DNA of 64,000 bases, from NCBI GenBank assembly GCA_015488215.1, contig WFOE01000049.1, positions 12,761-76,760 of the forward strand, in the 5' to 3' direction. The stretch is from Planctomycetales bacterium (GTDB lineage Bacteria; Planctomycetota; Planctomycetia; Pirellulales; S012-138). The notes beneath the pieces are model-generated. The model had not been told where the DNA came from, searched no databases, and was given only the letters and a program-made list of their open reading frames with translations. This document shows positions 1 to 8,432 of the stretch, in pieces. Made by a program: the position numbers and the translations under genes. Positions within the stretch are counted from its first letter, which is position 1. Every line of letters starts with the position of its first letter.

Positions 1-133
1 CGGCAGAAGGGGTGGCGGTTCCTCCGAGGTTTCGCTCCGGCTGCTTCGGTGCCTGAGGTTCCTGGGCTCGGGGGCTTCCAGTGTGGCCCAATCCCAGTCG
101 CCGGATGATCTGCTGCCAGTTGATGTCTTGCAT
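1..133 (-). CDS. possible 5' end of an unidentified gene running off the left edge (partial)
   Basis: The minus-strand frame is open from the window edge past an ATG at 133 (MQDINWQQIIRRLGLGHTGSPRAQEP...). No motif recognised and no clear SD. It is absent from the track because it has no stop inside the window. Confidence 0.2.
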   Translation of the reverse strand, partial: MQDINWQQIIRRLGLGHTGSPRAQEPQAPKQPERNLGGTATPSA

Positions 134-298
134 CGCCGAAGCCTTTGGATAAGCGTGTTGAGGGGACAAGAGAGCCGTACAAACCAGCGGCGTCTTATAC
201 CAACTGAGGCCGCTTCCCGGCAAGTTCGGTGGGTCGCGGTGGCCGCTGCGGATGCTAGCACAGCAGGTAGGTGTCGAGAGCTTCGGAGAGAGCTTGGG

Positions 299-1006
299 CT
301 ACTCGGCTTCCACCGGGCACAAGGGGCACCCTTGGGCCTGAGCCGGGTGGAGCGAGCCGCTTATGCCCCGGGCCACGGCCAGCACTCCCACGAGCAGCGT
401 GGCCACGGCCGCCACTCGGAAGAGCCGATGCCGCCACCGCCAGGTGGCCAGTTGCAGGCCACAGCCACTAAGGAGCATGGCCGGCACCGTGCCCAGCCCG
501 AAGGTGCCCATCACCGCGGCGGCTTGCAGCACGTCGTGCGTTCCGGCGGCCAGGGCCAGATAGGCATAAACCAGCCCGCAGGGCAAAAACCCGGTGAACA
601 CCCCGGCCAGAAAGCCGCTGCGGAGTCCCGGGCCGCGCAATAGCGGGGCCAGCAGCCCTCCGCCCAGCAAGGACAATCCTTCGCCTGACTCTCCGCGGCG
701 CCAAGGCCACAGGTAGCCCAACGATTGCCAGATAAGCAGCCCCCCGGCCACCAGGCTGGCCGCGGCCGGAACCCAGAAAAACCATCGCCAGCGGTGGCTC
801 AGATACATGGCTCCCACGGCGGCAAACACACCCAGGGCCATGTAGGTGAACACCCTGCCCAGGCTAAAGACAACCTGGCGGCGCAAATTGGCCCGCAGCG
901 TGGGACATCCGGTTCCGAGCACCAGGGCCAACGGGCCGCACATGCCGACGCAATGGGCCGAACCCAGGAAGCTGCTCATCAGCACTAGCGGCAGTAGTTC
1001 CCACAT
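299..1006 (-). CDS. DsbD_2 / TauE-SafE-like multi-pass membrane protein (cbb3-maturation-associated)
   Basis: Track ORF 299..1150 trimmed to the first internal ATG (MWELLPLVLMSS...). It has an HCVGMCGP motif in the first helix, about 6 hydrophobic segments and a C-terminal CPLCP. Positions 1007-1150 of the track ORF are repeat DNA. Confidence 0.8.
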   Translation of the reverse strand: MWELLPLVLMSSFLGSAHCVGMCGPLALVLGTGCPTLRANLRRQVVFSLGRVFTYMALGVFAAVGAMYLSHRWRWFFWVPAAASLVAGGLLIWQSLGYLWPWRRGESGEGLSLLGGGLLAPLLRGPGLRSGFLAGVFTGFLPCGLVYAYLALAAGTHDVLQAAAVMGTFGLGTVPAMLLSGCGLQLATWRWRHRLFRVAAVATLLVGVLAVARGISGSLHPAQAQGCPLCPVEAE

Positions 1007-1039
1007 GGGATGGTTTGCACTCTGTTGGAGAGGAGTGTT

Positions 1040-1160
1040 TGCTTTTTGGTTCGGTATTCCGGAAGCTGACGCTTCCGGCTCGCTGTTTGGTGTATTCCCG
1101 TTACTTCTTGCATCGGAGCGGAAGCTCCTGGCGCAAGGCGCACGCCGCAAGTCGCAAGCC
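1040..1160. repeat. intergenic multi-hairpin repeat array R1 (between ccoI stop and the DsbD_2-like start)
   Basis: CCGGAAGC-tgac-GCTTCCGG-CTCGCTG at 1059-1085. GGAGC-GGAA-GCTCC at 1115-1128, followed by tggcgcaaggcgcacgccgcaagtcgcaagcc. The same modules recur at six other loci. Confidence 0.85.
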
Positions 1161-1163
1161 GTT

Positions 1164-3305
1164 TTACGCCTCCGAGGTCTTCTCTTGCTGGATGCGCAGC
1201 GAGTTGATCGTCACCAGCAGGCTGCTTCCCAGCATGGCCAGGGCGGCTCCGATTGGGTGCAGCCACCCGGCAGCGGCCACCGGCAGGGCCACTACGTTGT
1301 AACCCAAGGCCCACAGCAGGTTCCAGCGAACCAGGCGGCGGGTTTCCCGGCCCAGGGCGAAAACCCAGCCCAACCGGTCCAGCCGCTGACCCAACAAGCA
1401 CACGTCGGCCAGGTCGCGGGCCACGTCGGCCCCGGCCGCCAGCGAAACCGAAACGTCGGCCTGGGCCAGTGCCGGGGCGTCGTTCACTCCGTCGCCGACC
1501 ATGGCCACAGTGCCCCAGCGGGCTTGCAACCGCCGCACGTGTTCGATCTTCTGCTGCGGGGAAAGTCCGGCGTGAATCTCCAGCGGCAACTCCTCGGCCA
1601 GTAGCTCCGGCACCCGAACTTGCCCGTCGCCGGTGAGCAGGACCAGGTGCAGTCCGTCGCGGGCCAGTTGCTTGAGCGATTCCACGGCTCCCGGGCGGAG
1701 CTTTTCCTGAAGGTAGAAACGGGCCAGCAGGCGGCCGTCGCGGGCAAGCCACACCTGGGAAGGTTCCTCGGCTCCGGGTTCCGCCTCGGTTGGGGTCGCT
1801 TCCGACTCCGGGTTCGTTTGAGGAGCCAGCGAAGCGACCCAGCGAGGGGAGCCCAAGGCCAGCTCGTGCTGGGCCGATTCGGTTTGCAGCGTGCCCAACA
1901 CCCCCTGGCCCGGTAGCGTGCGGCTGCCCAGAAGCTTTCTCGGCAGGGCGTCGGAAGCCGCAGAAAGCCGAGTTTCGGCGTATTCCAGCACGGCCTGGGC
2001 GGCCGGGTGGCGGGTTTGCCGGGCCAGCAGAGCCGCCAGGCGGAGGGCTTCCTGCGGGTCGGTTCCCGGGGCCGGAGAGAATCGGGCCACTTGCTGGTTC
2101 TGGGTAAGCGTGCCGGTTTTGTCCAGGGCCACCGTCTTTGCCCGACCCAACAGCAGCAGGCGTTCTCCGGAACGAACGAGCACCCCGGCCCGGGCTGCCC
2201 GCCCCAAAGCCCCACAAACGGCAAGTGGCGTAGCCAAGGCCAGCGAGCAGGGGCAGGCCACTAGCAACACCGAAAGAGCAGCCACCAGCGCCGCTTCCGT
2301 TCCAGAATGGGTCGCATGCCACCAGGCCGTGCCCAGGGCCAGCACGAGCACCCCTGGGGCGAAGTAACCGGCCACGCGATCCACCAAGGCCAGATGCCCT
2401 TGCCGTTGCTGGAACGCCTGCCGGACTTGCTCCAGAATCTGCTGCAGCACGGACTGCCGAGCCGGGGCGGCGGCTTCCACTTCCAGCGGCGAATCCAGCA
2501 CCAGCGCCCCGGCCAGCACCTTCTGGCCCCGGCGGCGAAGCACCGGGCGGCTTTCGCCGGTAAAGTACTGCTGGTCCACCGTGCTTTCGCCTTGCAGGAC
2601 GACGCCGTCGGCCGGGACGCGTTCTCCGGGGAGCACGCGCAGGCGGTGGCCCGGGGCGATTTGTTCCAAATCGATCAGCCGGGTTTGGTCTCCTTCGACC
2701 AGGCGGGCTTCCCGCGGCAGCAACTGCCGGAGCGAAGCCAGTGCGTGGGTCGATTTGCGTCGGGCGGTGGCTTCGAGCCACTTGCCCAGCGTGACGGCCA
2801 CCAGTACCATGCAGGCCGAATCCAGGAACAGGTGCCCCCGGCCGCGGTAAAGCGACAGCGCCGAATAGAGCACCGCGGCGGCCGTGCCCAACAGCAGCAG
2901 GCTTTCCAGTCCCAGCGTGCGTCGCCGCCACTGGTCCCAGGCCCCGGCCACCACCGGCGGTGCCAGAAGCAACAGCACCGGCACGGCGAACAACACGGTG
3001 GCCGCCCGCAGCAGGCCAAGCAGCAGCTCGGAACGCTCATCGCCGGCCGACCCGCCTGTCCCGGGAGCCAGCTCCACGCTCCAGGTGGCCATGGAGAAGA
3101 CCATCACGTTGAGCCAGAAAAAGGTGCCCCAGCCCAGGCGAAACAGCAACGGGTTGGTGCCGGAGGATTCCTCGCTCAGCACCGAATCGGCCACGCGGCA
3201 GCCCAGGCAGCAGTAGAGCGGCTCATCACCGTCGCTTGCGCTTGCCGCGCCGCGCACCGGCAATTGACAATAGTGGCAAAGAGCCTGGGGCCGGGAAGAG
3301 GCCAT
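1164..3305 (-). CDS. ccoI: copper-translocating P1B-type ATPase, CcoI/FixI-like
   Basis: 713 aa. Motifs: N-terminal Cys ribbon (CHYCQLP...CCLGCRV), CPC in the membrane (VACPCSLALATP), DKTGTLT phosphorylation site and GDGVNDAPAL hinge. It lies downstream of ccoNO. Confidence 0.93.
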   Translation of the reverse strand: MASSRPQALCHYCQLPVRGAASASDGDEPLYCCLGCRVADSVLSEESSGTNPLLFRLGWGTFFWLNVMVFSMATWSVELAPGTGGSAGDERSELLLGLLRAATVLFAVPVLLLLAPPVVAGAWDQWRRRTLGLESLLLLGTAAAVLYSALSLYRGRGHLFLDSACMVLVAVTLGKWLEATARRKSTHALASLRQLLPREARLVEGDQTRLIDLEQIAPGHRLRVLPGERVPADGVVLQGESTVDQQYFTGESRPVLRRRGQKVLAGALVLDSPLEVEAAAPARQSVLQQILEQVRQAFQQRQGHLALVDRVAGYFAPGVLVLALGTAWWHATHSGTEAALVAALSVLLVACPCSLALATPLAVCGALGRAARAGVLVRSGERLLLLGRAKTVALDKTGTLTQNQQVARFSPAPGTDPQEALRLAALLARQTRHPAAQAVLEYAETRLSAASDALPRKLLGSRTLPGQGVLGTLQTESAQHELALGSPRWVASLAPQTNPESEATPTEAEPGAEEPSQVWLARDGRLLARFYLQEKLRPGAVESLKQLARDGLHLVLLTGDGQVRVPELLAEELPLEIHAGLSPQQKIEHVRRLQARWGTVAMVGDGVNDAPALAQADVSVSLAAGADVARDLADVCLLGQRLDRLGWVFALGRETRRLVRWNLLWALGYNVVALPVAAAGWLHPIGAALAMLGSSLLVTINSLRIQQEKTSEA

Positions 3306-3312
3306 GAAACCG

Positions 3313-3489
3313 CTACGGGAACAGTTCTTCGCGAATGGCCGGCACCATATACGCGGCCGTGTACCAGATGGCCAGCACCCAGAACGAAATCCACATCAGG
3401 TGCACATACCACGGGATGCGGTTCGTGGCATAGGTGTGGTGCTGCCGTTCTTCTTCGGCCGGGGTCTGGCTTGTTACGTCGGGTTCCAT
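3313..3489 (-). CDS. 58-aa single-helix membrane protein in the cbb3 cluster (CcoQ-sized, unassigned)
   Basis: Not in the track because it is below the 60-aa cutoff. My own translation from ATG 3489 to TAG 3313 gives MEPDVTSQTPAEEERQHHTYATNRIPWYVHLMWISFWVLAIWYTAAYMVPAIREELFP. It has one hydrophobic helix and GC-rich third positions, and it ends 7 nt before the ccoI start. Confidence 0.5.
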   Translation of the reverse strand: MEPDVTSQTPAEEERQHHTYATNRIPWYVHLMWISFWVLAIWYTAAYMVPAIREELFP

Positions 3490-3544
3490 GAGCAGTCGCC
3501 TCTGTGCGTGGGGGGATTCACTTTCCGGGGCTATCTCCGTAGGT

Positions 3545-3907
3545 TCAGTCGGCGAAGAGCCGGGGCGTTCGCGGCGTTGTGTCCGCAGCGTCGGTGCCCA
3601 GGGGCTGGTCCAACTGGGCTTCGCGCCGCAGCAGGTCGAACTTGGGCTGTTCGATGTCGCGGAACATGCCGTTGAGCGTGGCCCAAATCAAAAGCAGCAT
3701 AAAACCGATGCTGGCCAGCAGGTAGTTGAGAATGGGCGTGATGGCAAATGCTCCCGAGGGGTCTTCGCGAAACGTGACGGCAAACTCAAAAAACTTGGCC
3801 GCAAACCCGTAGCCGCTGGGAATGAGAATCAGCACGGCAAAGGCCAGCGTGACCCAGCCGGCCCAACTGGTGGCCGGCTTGCGTTTGGCTTTTTTCTCAG
3901 CGGTCAT
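3545..3907 (-). CDS. 120-aa two-helix membrane protein, unknown function, in the cbb3 cluster
   Basis: Track ORF 3545..3967 starts at a TTG. The internal ATG at 3907 (MTAEKKAKRKPATSWAGWVTLAFAVLILIP...) has GGAG 9 nt upstream. Two clear hydrophobic helices. Confidence 0.65.
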   Translation of the reverse strand: MTAEKKAKRKPATSWAGWVTLAFAVLILIPSGYGFAAKFFEFAVTFREDPSGAFAITPILNYLLASIGFMLLLIWATLNGMFRDIEQPKFDLLRREAQLDQPLGTDAADTTPRTPRLFAD

Positions 3908-4027
3908 GGCCAATGGCTCCGACAACGGGCAGGCGCCCCCCGGCTTCAGCTCGGGGAGGATTGGCAACGCTTTTCGTATTGTTTTTCTCCACTAGCTAAC
4001 GCTGGCGGCTCGCTCGCTGGCAAAATG

Positions 4028-4669
4028 TCAATCCTCACGGTTGATGTCTTCCCATTGTTCGTAATACGGGTACTCCTTGAGCCAGGAGCCGAGCCACTGC
4101 ACGTAGGTGATGATGGCCAGTCCGCGCAGGTTCGGTTTGTCGGGACTGCCGTCGAAGAACCAGGGATAGGCCGGCATGGGCGAATCGGGCGAGACGACCG
4201 GCGGATTGAAAAAGTGCACGGCATGCCAATCGTTGGCATGGCGGCCGCCTTCGCGGCTCAAGTCGGGGCCTACGCGGCGGGTGCCGAACATCACCGGTCG
4301 TTGCAGGGCGTTTTGGTACTCGGAGGAATCGGCCACCGGCCCCCAGCGTTTGCTTTCGTTGGAAACCGGCCGGATGAACTGGCTGTGGCAGTGCCAGCAT
4401 CCTTCGCCGATGTAGATTTGGCGGCCCAACCGCATCAGTTTGGCGCAGTTTTCTTCGGTGGGGTCGCCCACGTATTTTTTGAACTGTTCCGGGTAGCGGC
4501 GGGCCAGATCCTCGAACTGGTACATAATCCGCGAATTGACCAGCTCTTCCACCGGCTGTTCCGGCAGGTCCTTATACATCAGCACGGGCACTACGGCGTT
4601 GGACAAAAACGCCAGGGCGAAAAAGCCCAACCCGGCGATGAACAGCACGCCACCTTTGGTTTCGAACAT
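4028..4669 (-). CDS. ccoO: cbb3-type cytochrome c oxidase subunit II (monohaem CcoO/FixO)
   Basis: 213 aa with an N-terminal anchor helix, haem-c site CWHCHSQ and a VGPDLSREGGR signature. Confidence 0.93.
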   Translation of the reverse strand: MFETKGGVLFIAGLGFFALAFLSNAVVPVLMYKDLPEQPVEELVNSRIMYQFEDLARRYPEQFKKYVGDPTEENCAKLMRLGRQIYIGEGCWHCHSQFIRPVSNESKRWGPVADSSEYQNALQRPVMFGTRRVGPDLSREGGRHANDWHAVHFFNPPVVSPDSPMPAYPWFFDGSPDKPNLRGLAIITYVQWLGSWLKEYPYYEQWEDINRED

Positions 4670-4749
4670 GGCTTGCGGTTTCTGCTCTTTCGAACGGCAA
4701 GGGGGTTATCGAACCGAATCTGGCAAACGCGAGCCGAAGGCCCCACCGG

Positions 4750-6204
4750 CTAGGCGGCCGCGGGAGCGGTGGCCTGGGCCGGAGCCGGTTCGCACCAGGT
4801 CTTGTACAGGTTCCACACGAAGCACAGGAAGCCGCCGAACATGGCCAGCCCGGCGAAAATCCGCAGCACCCAAAACGGGTGCGAGCCAGTGATCGACACG
4901 TCCCACGGCTGAAGCGAAGCCCACCAGTACCCTTGGAACACGCCGGCCAGGATCAGGTCGCCGGCCATGACGAACACCCCGGCGGCCGAAAGCCAAAAGT
5001 GCCACTCGGCCAGCCGGCGGCTGTACCAGGGGCGGCCCAGCAGCACCGGGAACAAGTAGGTCATCACGCCGAACAGCCACAGGGAAAATACGCCGAACAT
5101 GACCAGGTGGGCGTGACCCACCACCCAATCGGTAAAGTGGATCAATTTCTGGAACGTCAGCGTCACCTGTAACGCACATTGCAGGCAGGTCAAAAAGTAG
5201 AACAGCATACCGGTATAGAACCAGCGGATGGGCAGATTGGTATAGACCCGACGCCCTTCGCCCCAAACGGTGGCCAGGAAGTTGATAATTACGGTCGTTA
5301 CCACAAACTCCACCGCGATGGTGGAAATGACCGCTCCGTACTGCAGGAACATGGGAATCGGGGTGTAAAGGAAGTGGTGGATTCCCGTCAGCGGATAGAA
5401 AAAGGCCAGTCCCCAGAAACCCACCAGCGACAACCCGTGGCTCCAGATGGGTTTTTTCAGGATGATGGGCACGAAGTAGTACATCAGTCCCCAGCCCAGG
5501 GGAGTGACGAACAGCCCTACAAGATCGTGAATGAACAACCCGGTGACCGCCCCGCTGCTGGTGCCGGTCAGATAGTATTCCGAAAGCAGGTTTCCCATCG
5601 CATAGGTCAAAAAGGTCCAGACGAACGCCGCCAGGAAGTACCACAGGGTCACGTAGAGCGGTCCCTTGTTCTTGAGCACCGGGGCCATGAAGTTCACCGC
5701 CACCAGGAACAGGCCGAGCAAGGCGACCGGGTCGATCCAGAAGGGGGTTTCGCCCCATTCCAGCCCTTGGGCGCCCAGGCTCATGGGCAGGTTCCACCGC
5801 TTGGCCAGTTCCTGGACCCAATCAGCCGCTTGGAGCGAAGGCCCCACGACGATGCCCAACACGGTCAGGATGACAATCGCCTGCCAGGCCCAAAAGATGA
5901 ACCAGGACAACGCGCGGCTATAGACCCGATGCAGCGTAAGCCGCGGCACGACCCAGTACAGGGCCCCCAGAAACGCGTTGGCCAGGAACCCGTAGGCCAC
6001 GCCGTTAGTGTGGACCATGCGCCAGCGTCCCGGGGCCAGCAGCTCGATGCCGTTCAGGCCGTTCCAACTGACCAACTGGAAGGCCATCAACAGCCCGCCC
6101 AGCATGGCCAGCCCCAGGTAGATAATTGCGGCAAGAAAATGGAGCTTGACCAGTTTCAGCTCGACCAGTTCTTCGCCGCGAGTGGTGGCAACCGTTTGGC
6201 TCAT
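4750..6204 (-). CDS. ccoN: cbb3-type cytochrome c oxidase subunit I (CcoN/FixN)
   Basis: 484 aa with 12 or more hydrophobic helices. Haem-copper oxidase His ligands are present (HHFLYTP, VVGHAHLVMFG). The start overlaps the upstream gene stop as ATGA. Confidence 0.95.
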   Translation of the reverse strand: MSQTVATTRGEELVELKLVKLHFLAAIIYLGLAMLGGLLMAFQLVSWNGLNGIELLAPGRWRMVHTNGVAYGFLANAFLGALYWVVPRLTLHRVYSRALSWFIFWAWQAIVILTVLGIVVGPSLQAADWVQELAKRWNLPMSLGAQGLEWGETPFWIDPVALLGLFLVAVNFMAPVLKNKGPLYVTLWYFLAAFVWTFLTYAMGNLLSEYYLTGTSSGAVTGLFIHDLVGLFVTPLGWGLMYYFVPIILKKPIWSHGLSLVGFWGLAFFYPLTGIHHFLYTPIPMFLQYGAVISTIAVEFVVTTVIINFLATVWGEGRRVYTNLPIRWFYTGMLFYFLTCLQCALQVTLTFQKLIHFTDWVVGHAHLVMFGVFSLWLFGVMTYLFPVLLGRPWYSRRLAEWHFWLSAAGVFVMAGDLILAGVFQGYWWASLQPWDVSITGSHPFWVLRIFAGLAMFGGFLCFVWNLYKTWCEPAPAQATAPAAA

Positions 6205-6854
6205 GACGTTTCCCGGCTCAACTGATAGGGGACGAACTTACCCAGCGGATACAACAAGGCCAGCGACCAAGCGAAAACCAGGTGGGTCAGTGCGGCCACC
6301 CACCAGGGAATTTCCCGAACAATCCAGTTGCCGCCAAACAACAGGGGCTGCAACCAGGAAAGCAGGGCGTAGTAGTTCACCAGCCAGATGGCTATGCCCA
6401 GCACGGTGGCCAGGCCCAGGCGCCGGGCCAGCGAAGTTTGCCTGCTGCGGTACTCGTCCCAGGCCAACACCACGTGGACCACCATGCCCAGGAGCATCCC
6501 CGTGGCGATATACAGGCAGCAGCCGATGGCCAGAGCGATGCCCGATTCCAGTTGCAGGGCTTTTTCGCCCAGGGGGAAGGTCAGGTACACGCGGATCAAC
6601 TGCAACGGATGCAGTCCCTTGGCCGCCGCTCCCACCACGTTGAACAGCAAGCTGGCCCCGGCGGCGATGCCCCCCAGCACGAACCCGGCCGTGGCGTAAT
6701 AGGCCAGGTAAAAGTCCTTGGGGGGCCAACCCCGAGTAGCCGAGTCGGGCTGGGCCAGTTCGGCTTCCAGTTGGGCCACTTCCCGCCGCAGTTGTTCCAG
6801 CCGCCGGAGCTTTTCCTCGCGGCTGGCCGCGCTGGTTGCTTCACCGCCGCTCAT
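6201..6854 (-). CDS. membrane protein of unknown function, translationally coupled inside the cbb3 operon
   Basis: 217 aa. An N-terminal charged coiled-coil (REEKLRRLEQLRREVAQLEAELAQ) is followed by about 5 hydrophobic helices. It has 4-nt ATGA overlaps with both neighbours (6201-6204 and 6851-6854). Confidence 0.75.
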   Translation of the reverse strand: MSGGEATSAASREEKLRRLEQLRREVAQLEAELAQPDSATRGWPPKDFYLAYYATAGFVLGGIAAGASLLFNVVGAAAKGLHPLQLIRVYLTFPLGEKALQLESGIALAIGCCLYIATGMLLGMVVHVVLAWDEYRSRQTSLARRLGLATVLGIAIWLVNYYALLSWLQPLLFGGNWIVREIPWWVAALTHLVFAWSLALLYPLGKFVPYQLSRETS

Positions 6855-8035
6855 GGATGGGTTTCTCCCTCAGCAGGATGGTTTTCCTGGGCTCGGGCCG
6901 CCGCGTCGGCTTCCAGTTGTTTGAGCACTTCTTCGGGAATCTTCACCTCGGGGATCGGGTCCTGGTTGGCCAGGGCAATCACGAAGTGAACCAGGTGCCA
7001 GACCGTTTCCGGCTCCTGGGCCAGTTGGTTGCCAAAGGCGGGCATCGGCGTGCCGTTAATCCCGGAGAAGATACGGCGATAAATATCCAGCGGGCGGCGC
7101 CCCCCGTGCAACATGCCCGAGGTGATGTCGGCCGCCTTGACCGTGTGGCCCCAGGCGTCTTTGCCTACGTTGGCCTGGGTGTGGCCTCGGCCGTCGGGAC
7201 CGTGGCACTTGACGCACCCTTTGACGAAAAAGGCCAGCTTCCCCTTGGCGATCGTTTCCGGTGTGTAAGGAGGCTCGGGCGTCAGAGGAACCACCCGCTG
7301 GCGCTGGGCCTGTTGCCAGCGCTGGTGGATGAAGTTGAGCCGGGCCAACACTTCTTCCTCATCCAGCGATTCATCCTCGTCCAGGTCGGCGGCCATGAAC
7401 AGCAGCGCCTCTTCCAGCTCACCCCGGTAGGAAACGTGCAGGATGTAATCGACCAGCCGCTCCAGTTCTTCTTCCGGCAGCCAGCGGAACGCGGGCATCG
7501 AGGTGCCAATCGCTCCGCGGCGGATGGTCAATTTGAGATCGGCCCGGCGGGGCTTCGACCCGTAGGGCGTGGAGGTGAACTTGTAAATCCCCCGGCGATA
7601 GTCGCGCGGCTTGGGGTTCAGGTAGGCCGCGGCTGGCCCGTTCCCATCGCCGTAAACGCCGTGGCACCCGGCGCAGCGGCGGCGGTAAATGCGTCCTCCT
7701 TCGGCCAGATGCTCCGGCGGGATGAGGTCTTTCAGCGCCGCGGTCCCTTCCGCTTCGTCGTCGCTGGGGATGCGGAGCAGCGGGTGGGCCGGGGTGCCGA
7801 AGAACTGGGTCAGGTAGCTGTCAATCTGCTGCTGGTGGGCGGCGCTTAATTCCACCGGCTTGTTTTCCGGCGGCAGCACTTTCCGCAGCGGATACTTTGG
7901 CGGCGGTTCCAGCGGCACCACGGGCAGCAGAGCATCCGGACCGCTACAACCGCCCACAGCGAATCCTGCCAGAAGAAACACCCAAATAATGCTCGACGTG
8001 CGGCGGCCATGCGGACTGAGAGTGGTTGGTTTCAT
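6851..8035 (-). CDS. dihaem c-type cytochrome, CcoP-like, probable lipoprotein
   Basis: 394 aa with two CxxCH sites (CAGCHGVYGDGNG and CVKCHGPDGRG). The signal peptide ends ...LLAGFAVGGC. First gene of the cbb3 cluster. Confidence 0.9.
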   Translation of the reverse strand: MKPTTLSPHGRRTSSIIWVFLLAGFAVGGCSGPDALLPVVPLEPPPKYPLRKVLPPENKPVELSAAHQQQIDSYLTQFFGTPAHPLLRIPSDDEAEGTAALKDLIPPEHLAEGGRIYRRRCAGCHGVYGDGNGPAAAYLNPKPRDYRRGIYKFTSTPYGSKPRRADLKLTIRRGAIGTSMPAFRWLPEEELERLVDYILHVSYRGELEEALLFMAADLDEDESLDEEEVLARLNFIHQRWQQAQRQRVVPLTPEPPYTPETIAKGKLAFFVKGCVKCHGPDGRGHTQANVGKDAWGHTVKAADITSGMLHGGRRPLDIYRRIFSGINGTPMPAFGNQLAQEPETVWHLVHFVIALANQDPIPEVKIPEEVLKQLEADAAARAQENHPAEGETHP

Positions 8036-8180
8036 ATAGGCTCCCCAGCGGGGGTCTTTGTAAGGATGAAGGAACCGACATCCGATGGCAGGCCAAGCCT
8101 CCCCTGGCTACGCGCTGCCGCCTTAGGAAACCAAGCAGAAAAATCACAAAGCAGACAAACTCGTCCTGCTTGGCGGAAGC

Positions 8181-8210
8181 ATTATGAATACAAGACTTCG
8201 AAAAGAGCAA
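8181..8210 (-). promoter_or_regulatory. candidate sigma70-type promoter for the cbb3 cluster
   Basis: On the minus strand it reads TTGCTC, 18 nt spacer, CATAAT. It sits in an AT-richer tract about 150 nt upstream of the cytochrome c start. Pattern match only. Confidence 0.2.
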
Positions 8211-8432
8211 CTACCGGCGAGCCAAAATCTAGCAAAAAAACCGAAAACGCGCCAAGTAGCACAGAAACAAGAAACGGCGCTGTTCCGCTACGGCGCAGGT
8301 GCGCCGGACGGCGCGCGAAATGGGGGCATTGGGCAGTGTGGCGAAAGCCTCCGCGCCCCACTACACCACGTGGCAACTCACCTGGCTCAACCAAGACTGC
8401 CCATGGAACGAAACCGGCGGAGCCTGTCCGGG

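Noticed and set aside
985-2931. 648-aa ORF and similar long alternate-frame ORFs (11834..13906, 14226..16280 upstream part, 37091..38410, 48183..49469)
   Set aside because: They are out-of-frame overlaps of motif-supported genes (ccoI, gcvPB, gcvPA/H/T, argD, DUF1080). Their composition is typical of GC-rich shadow frames.
8036-8432. FNR/Crp-type TTGAT-N4-ATCAA box upstream of the cbb3 cluster
   Set aside because: I scanned the region on both strands by eye and found no such palindrome. Only a weak sigma70-like pair is reported, at low confidence.
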